A stretch of 64,000 bases of DNA from Octopus bimaculoides (GCF_001194135.2 NC_068990.1:80725099-80789098), one strand, 5' to 3'. Positions 13,186 through 24,957 are shown, counted from the stretch's first letter. Program-made: numbers and translations. Notes: generated by a model not told the origin, from the letters alone.

Positions 13186-13782
13186 AAAAAAAAAACAAAT
13201 AAAATAAAAATAAAAGAGATATCTAAGAGTTCGAATATGCTGTCTTGTTTTTTGTTTATTTTATTATAAATTCACATTTGTCACTGCTTATAGTATATGC
13301 GAAACGGTCTGGTTCCCCTTTGAGCTGGAATGTATGTATGAATCAGCTACATATAGTTTTTTAGGAAAGCATTTAACGGTCGCTGGGGGAAAATATTTTA
13401 AAGAAATGAGTTAGTACTAAAGTTGATATATGTTTCCAATACATTAGAAAGGGTAAAACTTAAAATGATATGGCTGCGGTTAGCCAGATCAAAGCGATGT
13501 CTTCGCTATGCTATATGTACCGTAACTTTCCCATGATATAGGATAGATTTCCACGATGTACAAAAAGTTGCTGATATTGAGAGAAATAGTTTTATCACAT
13601 AACACGTAGCTTTCGCTTGTATACTTTGCAGGACAGAAGAATGAACGGCTTGATTAAAAAAAAAATAACAGGTATAGTCAGCACGAAAGAAAGAAATATA
13701 AGAGAAATTACTTACCCTATATCTACCTTTAAATTATGGCTGGTGTTCATTATTTACATTATTTACATATGCCCACAGGCAT

Positions 13783-14073
13783 ATGGCGTAGTGGTTAAGA
13801 GCGCAGGCTACTAACCCCAAGATTCAGAGTTCGATTCCAAGCAGTGACCTGAACACTAATAATAATAATAATAATAATAATACCATTGAAAAATACCTTA
13901 GGAATGAGAACCCAGGTTCGAAATTTCCCCAAGACACCTGAAGAAGGCTGGAGGGTATATCAGCCGAAATGTTGTGTTAACAACAAACAAGATGAGTACA
14001 AATATCCGCCGAATGTAAATAATGTAAATAATGTAAATAATATACAGAATTCCTCATCTCTTAAATATAGAAC
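13783..14073 (+). mobile_element. tRNA-derived SINE (family D) with internal (AAT)n, hammerhead motif and (AATGTAAAT)3 tail
   Basis: A box tggcgtagtgg, B box gagttcgattcc, (AAT)n, second B box-like ggttcgaaat, CTGAAGA..GAAA core, 3' end aattcctcatctcttaaatatagaactgt. That 3' end recurs on the minus strand near 29836-29870. Confidence 0.8.
13933..13978 (+). ncRNA. Minimal type I hammerhead ribozyme motif
   Basis: GACAC (stem I) - CTGAAGA - A - GGCTG [GAGGGTATAT] CAGCC (stem II) - GAAA - T - GTT - GTGTT (stem I'). Predicted cleavage is 3' of 13973. Stem III is loop-less and would need a dimer; this copy has T at position 15.2, where C is typical. Confidence 0.7.
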
Positions 14074-14216
14074 TGTATGGTTGGTGCTCTTCTGAAGCCA
14101 CAGTTCATACCTGTATGAGAAAAAAAAAGAATTGAACCAATTCATTCTAAGGGTGACCAGCCCATAATTCCGTGTATCTATGACTACAATATGTAATAGG
14201 TTTTTCTTTCTTTAAC

Positions 14217-14361
14217 CTGTCGCCATCCGATTTCAGAGGAGCTTAGATATTTCTTGCGAGTGAAATGTATAGCTAGCGCTTCCTTAAGAGCTTGTTTGTT
14301 GAATAGTTTTATAGGCATTGGAAGTAACAAATTGATATTGATGATTGTAACATTAGCAGCT
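14217..14361 (-). CDS. Weak candidate exon (145 nt)
   Basis: Pyrimidine-rich tract ending gatag, open frame AANVTIININLLLPMPIKLFNKQALKEALAIHFTRKKYLSSSEIGWRQ, weak donor CAG|gttaaa. No homology recognised. Confidence 0.15.
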
Positions 14362-14932
14362 CTATCATAGTCGACAAAGTAGTAGAGGTAAAATGAGAAC
14401 AAAGTTGTGGAAACTTGCTTGGAAGGGAACTTAGATACGCATGTGATTTGTGGAATAGCGGAAAGATACTGGGGTGCAACTAGTTGAAATGCCTTTATTT
14501 TTTTCCGCTTTACTTCTGATTTGAGATACAAGAAATTATTATCAATTTAGTGAAACTAATAAAAATTTACTCGCATAAATACGACACTTCCAGAATATTT
14601 AGTTAGCACGTTTAGACTGTGAATTATTGTTGTTGGACTTTAGAATATGTCTATGGACTAAACAAGGGTTACTATTATGTCCGTGATGTTCAGGTTGCTA
14701 CAATGCAGTTAGACACGAAATACATTATTTCCAAGAGCCGTCTGCATTGAGGTGAGTTACGATAAACAATCTACTAAAGTTGATACTTTGAGTGTTAGTA
14801 GTGTTGGGGTGAGTGTTTCTGCTACAAACTGAAAGAATTAGTTCTTCGAACGAAAATATCAGAAAGTTAAATTGAATTTTTTTCTTAAAAATCGAATACA
14901 TTTTTGTTTATTACATGCAAATTCACCCGAAC

Positions 14933-14980
<48 letters not shown>

Positions 14981-16258
14981 NNNNNNNNNNNNNNNNNNNN
15001 NNNNNNNNNNNNNNNNNNNNNNNNNNNNNNNNNNNNNNNNNNNNNNNNNNNNNNNNNNNNNNNNNNNNNNNNNNNNNNNNNNNNNNNNNNNNNNNNNNNN
15101 NTATATATATATATATATATATATATATGCATGCATGTATGTACAACAAACATGACATATAACGTGACATATAGATGAAATATACAATCAGTTAATAGCT
15201 AAATGTATGCAGAGGAAAAAGTCATTCTATTCAATTACAGCATAATTGAAAATTTCCGTGAGATATCTTTAGGCTTAACACGAGCAATGATATTGAATGA
15301 AATTCTTCGTCTTATATCGTCATTTCCAACTAGGAAAATTTTATTTTTCAGTTCGTTTTCTTTATTTTATCCTTATCTTTTTTTTTTTTTTGCTTCCTTT
15401 CTTATAAACAGAAAGTGGAGTCAAAAACTAGCAAAAATTACACATCCAAACACGAATTTTCGGTAATAAAATCACTTGCGGTCAGAGAAAAGTTCATGGG
15501 CAGGATGATATGAAGAAAAGAATAAAAGAAATAAAAAAATCAAGTTTAAATAAAACCAAGCTAAATGTTTATAAAGCAAATAGCTTGTTTATGATGAGTT
15601 TGACACGATAGTTCCAGGTGTATAGGGTTATGTCAATGTTGTTTTTCGATTTTCCTTCCTATCACCATGTCGCCATCTTTGCAGACACAAAAAAATATAT
15701 GATAAATAAAATACAAAACGCGACGATGGCTACATACCAGTGACGTGTGATACGTCGTACTGAGTGGAAGGTTTTAGCTGGAAATCGACTTGAATAACAA
15801 TGGCTTCACTTATCATTTTTTTTATCACTCGGCTAGTTGTTGTTTATGTTGTTATTGTTCATATCATTGATAAGCTTATCATTCTTATCACTGATGTTAT
15901 GAGTCATGATAATCTATGCCCTTATCAGTATGTAGGAATATTGTCATATTGTATCAGATGGCGACGTTAAACGCAACTGAATAGACAATAGCCGAAGAAT
16001 CAAATGGAATGAATAAATGAATATTTCAATTATCACACACGTTAACAGTCGTTGAATCGTAACATGAAGTGTATGGCTTTCATCTAATAGAAACTACTTT
16101 AAAGTTGCTATGCCTACCCAAAAGAAAGTTTACAGTTGTCACTCGACACATACAAGAAGCGTGTAGACCTCAGGAACAGTTTTGCGAACACCACTGACGG
16201 TTGCTGTTGTTTTATCTGACCTATCAGCACGACAACCAGATATTTCATTACTCTTTGC

Positions 16259-16458
16259 TCTTTTACTCTTTTACTTGTTTCAGTCATTTGACTGCGGCCA
16301 TGCTGGAGCACCGCCTTTTTAGTCGAGCAAATCGACCCCAGGACTTATTCTTTGTAAGCCTAGTACTTATTCAATCAGCCTGTTCGCCGAACCGCTAAGT
16401 TACGGGGACGTAAACACACCAGCATCGGTTGTGAAGCGATGTCGGGGGGACAAACACA

Positions 16459-16504
<46 letters not shown>

Positions 16505-16685
16505 ATATATATATATAAATACATATATACGGCGTGTTTCTTTCAGTTTCCGTCTACCAAATCCACTCAGAAGCTTTGGTCGGCCCGAGGCTATAATAGA
16601 AGACACTTGCCCAAGGTGCCACGCAGTGAAACTGAACCCGGAACCATGTGGTTGGTAAGCAAGTTACTTAACACACAGCAACTCC
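16259..16685 (-). mobile_element. Full-length family A SINE (tRNA-like head, CORE-like domain, internal TA/TG microsatellite, 3' tail)
   Basis: Minus strand reads ggagttgctgtgtgttaag..ggttccgggttcagtt..gcaccttgggcaagtgtcttc (CORE-like), then (TA)n(TG)n, then cagcatggccgcagtcaaatgactgaaacaagtaaaagagtaaaa. Confidence 0.9.
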
Positions 16686-16719
16686 TATCCAACGTGTCAT
16701 TCGTTTTGTCTTTGTAAGA

Positions 16720-16950
16720 ACAGTAGGTTGTTGCTTGAGAAACATGATTTCGTTTTGTCTTGATGGGGATTACAAGTGATTATGTTGAATCCATATGGAG
16801 CTTTCTACTTGGTCACTCAAACTTGCAAAAGAACACCGCTCCCTAAAAGGAAACAAATAAAAAAGAAAACTCCCAGCTAAGTCTCTTAAATCAAATCTCC
16901 TCCATCGTTTTTACAGTTTAGATTATCATTGATAATCCTAGCCACGATCC
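16720..16950 (+). mobile_element. Degenerate interspersed repeat (family E)
   Basis: Partial match (ggtcactc..cttg, cagctaag..caaatc) to copies near 17520-17830, 56480-56770 and 58545-58660. Confidence 0.35.
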
Positions 16951-17088
16951 GGATGGCCAATGTTGAAAATCTTTGATCGCGATTCTTCTCAACAACAAAC
17001 ATGATAACAACAATAACAATAACACATCATTGATCTACAATGACAGGATCAATAAAAAACAACAATAAAGGAAACAGAAAATAACGAC

Positions 17089-17104
17089 CACTACTACTAC
17101 TACA

Positions 17105-17159
<55 letters not shown>

Positions 17160-17161
17160 TC
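17089..17161. repeat. (ACT)n microsatellite
   Basis: Directly visible. Confidence 0.95.
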
Positions 17162-17295
17162 ATCTCTTTCACCACCGTCACTACTATCTCATAACAACTA
17201 ATATTACTGTGCTGCAGATACTATTGCTGTTGTCGCTACTGCTACTGCTTCAACACCACCTCCTCTTCCTCCACCTCTTACTACTCCTCCGCCTC

Positions 17296-17515
17296 TTACT
17301 CCTCCTTCTCCTCCTCCTTCTCCTCCTCCTTCTCCTCCTCCTTCTCCTCCTCCTTCTCCTCCTCCTTCTCCTCCTCCTTCTCCTCCTCCTTCTCCTCCTC
17401 CTTCTCCTCCTCCTTCTCCTCCTCCTTCTCCTCCTCCTTCTCCTCCTCCTTCTCCTCCTCCTTCTCCTCCTCCTTTTCCTTCTCCTTCTCCTTCTCCTCC
17501 TCCTTCTCCCTCTGC
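17296..17515. repeat. 12-bp (CTTCTCCTCCTC)n polypyrimidine tandem repeat
   Basis: Roughly 14-16 near-perfect units; produces the EEEK, poly-L and poly-R artefact ORFs. Confidence 0.95.
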
Positions 17516-17519
17516 CCTT

Positions 17520-17830
17520 CATTTGGTTCTTGAACATCCAACATTAGAATCTGATTTAAAAGCATTTGGGTTGCTATTTCTAGCAGGTAAAAGTAGGCTG
17601 ATACACGTCTTGGATGGCTTTTCTCAGATGACGTCAGAGATCAAGGAGGAGATAAATGATATTTGCTTCGTTAAATTTGCTTCGAGATTAGAACTTTGGG
17701 ACAAATTGGCCAACAGCTGGAATTCAACTTGGGACTGGAGCAATGAAATGATTGCATCACAGAATTAATTCTCATCCATCCTTAACCTCTGATCAAACAC
17801 CACCGGGACATATAGTCATTATAGATGTAA
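17520..17830 (-). mobile_element. Degenerate SINE-like repeat (family E)
   Basis: Minus strand has CORE-like ttcattgctccagtcc..cagctg and cctgctagaaatagcaacccaaat, shared with gaaatagcagctaaat near 56650 and aaaatagcagccaaat near 58590. Confidence 0.5.
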
Positions 17831-18049
17831 TATAGTCATGTTATTTAGCTCTCTTTAGTTTTGGGCTGCAAGCCTAATTATCCCTCCGCAAGACCTTGCA
17901 GCTTTTAAGCTAGTATATGATAAGACGTACCTTCATCATACGAGTATGACGCAACTAGAGTCAGCACATTCGGTCTAAATGAGGATTCAAACTAAAGCCA
18001 ATCTTCTATTCTATCCTGGTTAAATCACATTCTAAATAGAACCGCTTCC

Positions 18050-18500
18050 AAAAATATTGCTCTTTTGTTCAGGACCAGAAACATTTCCTCCTTCAGAAGC
18101 TGCAGACACTATTAAAGATTCAGCTGAGACTCTCACAAATGCACTGTTTTTACATTTGCCACAGTGCTGCAGTAACACCTAGTTTCTTATTGGACTCAAT
18201 TCAGAGAAAGGTCACTCGATTGATTAGCATGAACTTTTTCCAGTCTGTGACATACAAGAATGCAATCTGCTCTCTCCGCCCTATCGCTACTCCTATGGGT
18301 TTGGTTGTTCTCACACCCTCATCTTGAAAGCATTCTATCCCATTCATATCATTGCCCCTTCTATTGTTGAATGCAGCAACATACACTCCACATTAATCCA
18401 TAATCCAAATTCTTCCTACCGAGAACATCAGTTCCTCTGTTATTTTGTCCCTGTTCATATCTTTCTTGAGAGTGTCGTTCACAGCGGTTGGGAGCTAATA
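18050..18500 (+). mobile_element. LINE ORF2 3' remnant (CR1/Jockey superfamily-like)
   Basis: Translation ..CHSAAVTPSFLLDSIQRKVTRLI.. matches the post-RT motif 'LLDxIQRKAxRLI' of these LINEs. Confidence 0.65.
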
Positions 18501-20179
18501 TTAACGACATCAAACTTGCCAGGATCGGAGGACCTGTAAAGTCATGTTCACAGTACCGTCCTCCAGTCTCAGGAAGTGAAGTAAGTCACCAGAACAATAA
18601 CAAATGCAACATCAAAGCTATTACAACAAGAATAAAAACAACAAAAACTTCAGCAACAACAGCAGCAGCAACAAAAAAAGATGTAGAAATTCTTCGGTTG
18701 GGACGTCTGGTAACTAGATGTAGGTGGAAGATATTGCTCTTAAGAAAAGTACGAACATCAGATTAGAAAATTTAATGTTACTGTCCTAGTCTTGGCAGAG
18801 CCGATGTAACGGAATTATAAATATTCCTACTATAAAAAGAAAAGTATATTAACACATCCAACTTTCCAGCTCCAACTTAACTATAGATCTTCAAGTTACC
18901 TCCATGTCTACTTAAATAATCAATGTATTTGTCTTTCCTTTCTGTTTATAGATGCTGCCATTTAGTTCATATTAGTATTTGGTGTTGTTGCTGTTATTTT
19001 AGAAGTAACATATTTGTTATTGCAATATCATTTTATTGATATCCTAGAGTAAATTTTAGTAGAGAGAAAAAATAAACTAGAGTTTTCTATACTGGAATCT
19101 TAACAAGATTCAGTATTCCTCTATCGATCCTAATTTTATACACGACTTTAAAAAAAATGTTGTTTATGATGCAAAAGAATTGTCGGAATCAATTACTGAG
19201 TGCGTATATACCCATACTGAATATATATANNNNNNNNNNNNNNNNNNNNNNNNNNNNNNNNNNNNNNNNNNNNNNNNNNNNNNNNNNNNNNNNNNNNNNN
19301 NNNNNNNNNNNNNNNNNNNNNNNNNNNNNNNNNNNNNNNNNNNNNNNNNNNNNNNNNNNNNNNNNNNNNNNNNNNNNNNNNNNNNNNNNNNNNNNNNNNN
19401 NNNNNNNNNNNNNNNNNNNNNNNNNNNNNNNNNNNNNNNNNNNNNNNNNNNNNNNNNNNNNNNNNNNNNNNNNNNNNNNNNNNNNNNNNNNNNNNNNNNN
19501 NNNNNNNNNNNNNNNNNNNNNNNNNNNNATATATATATATATATATACATATATATACATATATATATACGCATACATATATATATATGTATATATGTAT
19601 ATATATGCATACATATATGCGTAATTTATCGTGAGTCTGTGTATATTCGTGTAGCTTTGCATATAAAGACGGTATAGAGCTAATGTTTAGAACGATGTGT
19701 CTTTACGATAGAATAGATAAGTCCGCTAAGAGAAATCGAATTTTGTATTCGAGCTATTTTGTTTCAGTCATACATCGATACCCTGAACACAGAGTAATTG
19801 TAAGAAAACTAGAATAGTGGATGTGAGATTATACGTTTATCTAATAAATACTCACATGTGATTCATTCATGAATAGATTCGTACAGCAAGACATACCTTA
19901 CGCACAAAAGATATTATCAAGTTATCAGAGATTTAAAACGTACTACATTATGTTAATGTAATCAGAATCTGTGTTTGCTATTTCACAACACAAACGTGGA
20001 GTGTTGTGTATTTATGTGTGGCGCAACCACGTAGTGAAGACATTTTTGAATTGTTTTTTCAGTTTTTGAGTTTCGGTGATTTGGTGATATTTTTATACAT
20101 ACACGCACATACACACAACGCACACACACACACGCACGTACGCAAGCGCGCACATACACACACGTGTATATATTTTAGA

Positions 20180-20560
20180 CAATGAACACGGAAACGAAAT
20201 AACACGGGGTAAACACGTTTTAACAAGTGTGGTATTTAACTCTTGAAATGTAATGATTTTGACATTTCGGACACTAGTCCTTCATCAGGAGGAAATTAAA
20301 GAATCAGAGATAGCAGTAGGAAAATATAAATATCAAACAAGATATTTGTAAATATTTATGTGCCAGTTGATAATTCAATTTCCCCCTGATGTGAACCGAT
20401 TGGCACTTTGGGATTGTTGTAGCCCGGGTTAGTGTGGGAGTATGGTATGTAGGTTTCCCAAACTATCACAGTGCTTTACCAAATTTTCCTTGTAATTGTA
20501 CCGCTTATTTTCTGATTCTTTCCCAGTCTTTTACCCTGAATGAAAAAACGTAAATGATTG
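20180..20560 (-). mobile_element. Penelope-like element 3'/pLTR remnant
   Basis: Minus frame LGNLHTILPH*PGL resembles the GIY-YIG terminus (LxTLxPxGLN). It is followed by a pyrimidine-rich stretch and a hammerhead core. Confidence 0.5.
20261..20288 (-). ncRNA. Hammerhead ribozyme core (stem I disrupted)
   Basis: CTGATGA-A-GGAC[TAGT]GTCC-GAAA-T-GTC: same architecture as 13933-13978, with a canonical GUC triplet. The flanks no longer pair to form stem I. Confidence 0.6.
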
Positions 20561-21064
20561 TAATACTGTACTCGAATCATCATATGGTATCTATATATTT
20601 TGTATATAAATGTACAATGTAATCTCTTATTTAGCAATTTCTGTTCATATACTGTGCAATCAAGTTTAAGTTATGCATAGATATTTTCTGTTTTTTACAA
20701 AGAAGCATTTCTATTCATATAGCAGCATACCATTTGAAAAACAAAACAAAAAAAAACACATAACGCCTAGCCAATATGTAATAACAACGAGAAAAACTTC
20801 AATAGCAACGGCAGCAACGCTATAAACAACAACGATAGAAAAAATAATATCAACGAGTTTATTATAAATTATTTCGCATTTCAAGAATTAATTGAAACTA
20901 ATAACAACATTTTAAATGAAATTCAAAAATATTCCACCCGTCTGAGTTTGTGATTGAAATTGAGAGATATTTCAGCTGTCTCAGAATGTCACAAAGGGAA
21001 AAAAAAAGATATCTGAAATAAAAAATCAGAATTTAGCAAATGGATTATTGTTGTTTATCATGTT

Positions 21065-21170
21065 CAGCTGGCAGCGTCGTTAGAGTGTCGCACAAAACGC
21101 TTGGGAGCATCTTTTCCCCGAATTGTTTACAATCTGATTTTGAATGCTGCCTTAATTATTTTATAATCTG
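21065..21170 (+). mobile_element. Degenerate 5' part of family C SINE
   Basis: gctggcagcgtcgttag..aaaacgctt..gcat..tctgattttgaat loosely matches the head of 47921-48133. Confidence 0.4.
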
Positions 21171-21324
21171 ATTCAAAATGCTTGCTTTAATTATTCGCTG
21201 TGGATAAAAAAAAAAACATTTGTACCTCAGACCCGTGGCACACATGCCCAGAATTACTGGACATCATATGCCATACTTTGATAGGAATTATTATTATTAT
21301 TGTTATTACTATTATTATTTTTAC

Positions 21325-21962
21325 ACCTATTCGAAACAAGCTCTACAGATACGGTAGTATTGTCAGACGCGCTCGTCTAATGTCCGTGCATTACTGACTT
21401 GTGGAGATTTGTCAAGAACGTGTTATGACGTATAGGATGGATCCGGTTATCAGCCGAATCCATCGCGTTCCTTTGACCGGGAAGAAAAGGACATTTTCCT
21501 CTGTCTAGTGACTATGGCTAAGGAGGTAGTGTGGTGGACGCGATTCGAAGACCAGAAGACAGATACTTTTCGCTTCGGTCGAGCTGTCATCGACATTTTC
21601 ACGTTCTACTTGAAAAGGAAGGTGAGTGTAGAGAGGGAAGATCTGTCCCCCAGTAAATTTGTTAAAAGTTGAGTGTATGCAGCGAGGATGGCCCGTGTGA
21701 ATGAGCCTACACTGAACTTTCGTTTGTAAACTGGAGAAGTTAAAAAGGAGAGATGCACCCGCTGAGGTGCACCTGGCGGTCGAGGTAACCAGGTTGTGTG
21801 GGGTTCTACTGTTGTCCCTGCGAGGAATTCTCCACTTTGGGGAGATGTTATTTTTAATTGTTTTGTTATTTGTTTTGTATACACAGCATTGTTCAACACA
21901 TGTCCCTTGTCTTCTATTGTCCGTCTTTGTTTTGTGTTCGACTCTTGTGGCCAATAAAAGAA

Positions 21963-22025
<63 letters not shown>

Positions 22026-22049
22026 ATTATTATTATTATTATTATTATT
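21325..22049 (+). mobile_element. 5'-truncated L1/Tx1-clade LINE: ORF2 C-terminus, 3'UTR, AATAAA and (TTA)n tail
   Basis: Translations PIRNKLYRYG.., ALV*CPCITDLWRFV..LSAES and FLCLVTMAKEVVWWTR..FYLKRKVSVER are typical of Tx1 C-termini. AATAAA near 21953 directly precedes (TTA)n at 21964-22049. Confidence 0.8.
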
Positions 22050-22444
22050 CTGGTGTATAAACTATCAATTTGTGAATCTTAAAATCACTTTTTCAGCCTT
22101 CTGAGACTGTAAGAGTAAACACTAATGTGTGTAATAACACCTTAAGCAATATCTAATCTGTATTTATCAGATTTCTTAAAGCCAAAATATTCGGACGATA
22201 TATAGTCTAAGTCGAACACATACATATATTCAATGATGCCTACTTTTTCACTGAAATCTTAGAAATTTTTTAATAAAATTTTAGTTGTACGGCCAAATTA
22301 GACAACATATAGAGATGCCAGCTTTTTATAGTCGCAGTTTTCAGTTTCTTTCGAGGAGCGATGGACTCGATGTTTTGGAGTTCTTTGCCTTCCCGAAGGC
22401 CTGCTGCAACATTCAACCTGACATACTGAGTGCTGCAAAATAAA

Positions 22445-23400
22445 CACCCAAAAGCGATGCTGACAGACTGCATGTGTCTACAAACAGGGGTGGAAGAATT
22501 CTTATAGGATGCAAAATCTGTGTTGTCAAAGCGAAGAACAGTCTGGGATGGTACATCAAGCAGCAAAGTGAATCATTGCTTGCTGCTGTTAGAATTAATA
22601 AATATAATACATACCGAAAATGCGATGCACCCACAAACATTTATGAAACAAAATGAAGACGAAACAGTAAACAACTGCAAAATGAAACCACTGCATGGGT
22701 AATATCTCAGAGAAATCGAAGGAAAACACAAGATTAACACTTGGAGATGGCTACGAAAAAGTGGTCTGAAAGAATGCACTGAGATATTGATATACAGGCC
22801 CGAGAACAAACTCTGAGAACTAATTTACACTGAGTTCCAAGTGGATAAGGATAGCGAATCGCCCCTTTGTAGGATGTGTGGCAGTAGAAACGAGACAATC
22901 TCACATTGACTGAGTATAGCAAGGAGGCACGATAACGTGGCTAAGTTCGTCCACTGGAGACTAAAAAGTACGGCCTGAACAGAGCACGGAAATGGTACGA
23001 ACATGAATTGGAAGGAGTCACCTAGAACAAGGAACATAAGATACTGAAAAACTTCATAATCCAACGTGATTCCCTAACCGAGGCTCGGACCAGAATATCG
23101 TTGTGGTAGATAAAGGAAAAAGGGAAATCAAGATCATAATTAGATAGAGTTGCACATATAAGTAAAAAAAACTAGCAAAAATTGAAAAATACAGGATACT
23201 AAAAAACGAAACTGTAAGAATACGGACTATGAGGAGAGTGTCTGTCATTCCGGTAGTTGTAGGGAAACTCGGAGCACTAACAACCAAGTCGGAGAAATAT
23301 GTCAAAGAAATCGGAATTGATGTGAGACCAGAGCGGAATTGGTGTGCAGGAACATCATAACCATGTGTTGAGAGGAATTCTTTGGGGTTTGAATAATTCT
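22445..23400 (+). mobile_element. R4/Dong-type non-LTR retrotransposon 3' fragment (post-RT, CCHC finger, RLE endonuclease), degenerate
   Basis: HPKSDADRLHVSTNRGGR.., KPLHG*YLRE, EQTLRTN, LCRMCGSRNETISH, RRHDNVAKFVHWRL, a PD-like IVVVDK segment and IPVVVGKLGA. Multiple stops and frameshifts. Confidence 0.9.
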
Positions 23401-23549
23401 CCTCCAGAAACATGGGTGTTTTGTTCAACATCCTTAAACAACCCTTATTCAAGGATCATTTGAGCGGGATGGATTACGTGACCTGAAGAAAAAACTGACT
23501 GGGTCCCCACCTGCAAGTTCATGGGTTGTTTATCTTGATATGAGACCAC

Positions 23550-23650
23550 AAGAAGAAGAAGAAGAAGAAGAAGAAGAAGAAGAAGAAGAAGAAGAAGAAG
23601 AAGAAGAAGAAGAAGAAGAAGAGGAGGAGGAGGAGAAGCGGGAGGAAGAG
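23550..23650. repeat. (GAA)n grading into (GAG)n
   Basis: Directly visible. Confidence 0.95.
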
Positions 23651-24200
23651 TGGGAGAAGGAAAACAGTGATGGTTATTGGATATGGAGGTGCTGGCATTA
23701 TTGTGTTATATTAGATGATGAAAAAAAGGAGAAAGAGCGAAAGGGAGAAGAATGTTATAAATTTAAAAAGTAACTCAACTAAAAGCAGAGAAGTAACACT
23801 TTACAGTGCGTTGGTGTTATTTTTGGAACGTTACCATAAAATCGTGAGCACATTGATTAGTAATCTATAACAGTACTGGCACATTTACTTCAAGCAGACA
23901 TCATTTTTAGAAGTCTAATTCTAAGCCAGATAGTACTTTTCTAATGTATGCAGTTGTTTTTGTTGTTGCTGTTCTTCCTTCTTTTCATTTGGCTGCTGCA
24001 ATGTCTTAAGACAGAAATGTTGATTAAAAAGAGTAAAATCGTAATAACCACCAATCTCGAAACAGAATGATTAGAGAAATAAATATAAAGGACAAAACTA
24101 AAAACACAAAAGATGGCTTTAAAAGAAGGGACTAGGAACGAATACTTACATATATCATATACAAAAGAAGACACGATTGTATATAACATTATGCAACAAG

Positions 24201-24247
<47 letters not shown>

Positions 24248-24830
24248 CATCTATCTATCTATCTACTTACCAAACTAATTATACACGTATTTATATGTGT
24301 ATGTCTATACTTATGTNNNNNNNNNNNNNNNNNNNNNNNNNNNNNNNNNNNNNNNNNNNNNNNNNNNNNNNNNNNNNNNNNNNNNNNNNNNNNNNNNNNN
24401 NNNNNNNNNNNNNNNNNNNNNNNNNNNNNNNNNNNNNNNNNNNNNNNNNNNNNNNNNNNNNNNNNNNNNNNNNNNNNNNNNNNNNNNNNNNNNNNNNNNN
24501 NNNNNNNNNNNNNNNNNNNNNNNNNNNNNNNNNNNNNNNNNNNNNNNNNNNNNNNNNNNNNNNNNNNNNNNNNNNNNNNNNNNNNNNNNNNNNNNNNNNN
24601 NNNNNNNNNNNNNNNNNNNNNNNNNNNNNNNNNNNNNNNNNNNNNNNNNNNNNNNNNNNNNNNNNNNNNNNNNNNNNNNNNNNNNNNNNNNNNNNNNNNN
24701 NNNNNNNNNNNNNNNNNNNNNNNATATGTATATATGTATATATATATAGTATATCTTGAGGCCCACAGACAGACAGGCTAAGTGGAAGATATCTGGCTCA
24801 GTAGACCAGCGGGTTTTAGATACGATTTAC

Positions 24831-24957
24831 CCATCTCCAAGAGAGTTGCATTGCCAAAAACCAAGGAAACCTGTACACTAAATGACTCCTTTCCTGTCTG
24901 CAGAAACATTGGTGCTACATTCCGAGTGCTCTACAACTGCAAGGACGAAAATTTTAG
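24831..24957. other. Exon-like island with splice signals on both strands
   Basis: Plus strand: ctcctttcctgtctgcag|24904-24957|gttagt (NIGATFRVLYNCKDENF). Minus strand: branch-like cactaac with cag/tag acceptors, 24930 or 24897 to 24831|gtaaat (..TGKESFSVQVSLVFGNATLLEM). Confidence 0.25.

Noticed and set aside
13783-13856. Functional tRNA gene
   Set aside because: A and B boxes are present, but the acceptor stem does not pair and the sequence continues into a SINE body.
14230-14370. Copia RT-like peptide ELRYFLRVKC on the plus strand
   Set aside because: Only a 5-6 residue resemblance, with no other LTR-retrotransposon motifs nearby.
17628-17768. Plus-strand exon or ORF MTSEIKEEINDICF..
   Set aside because: The region is better explained as a minus-strand family E repeat.
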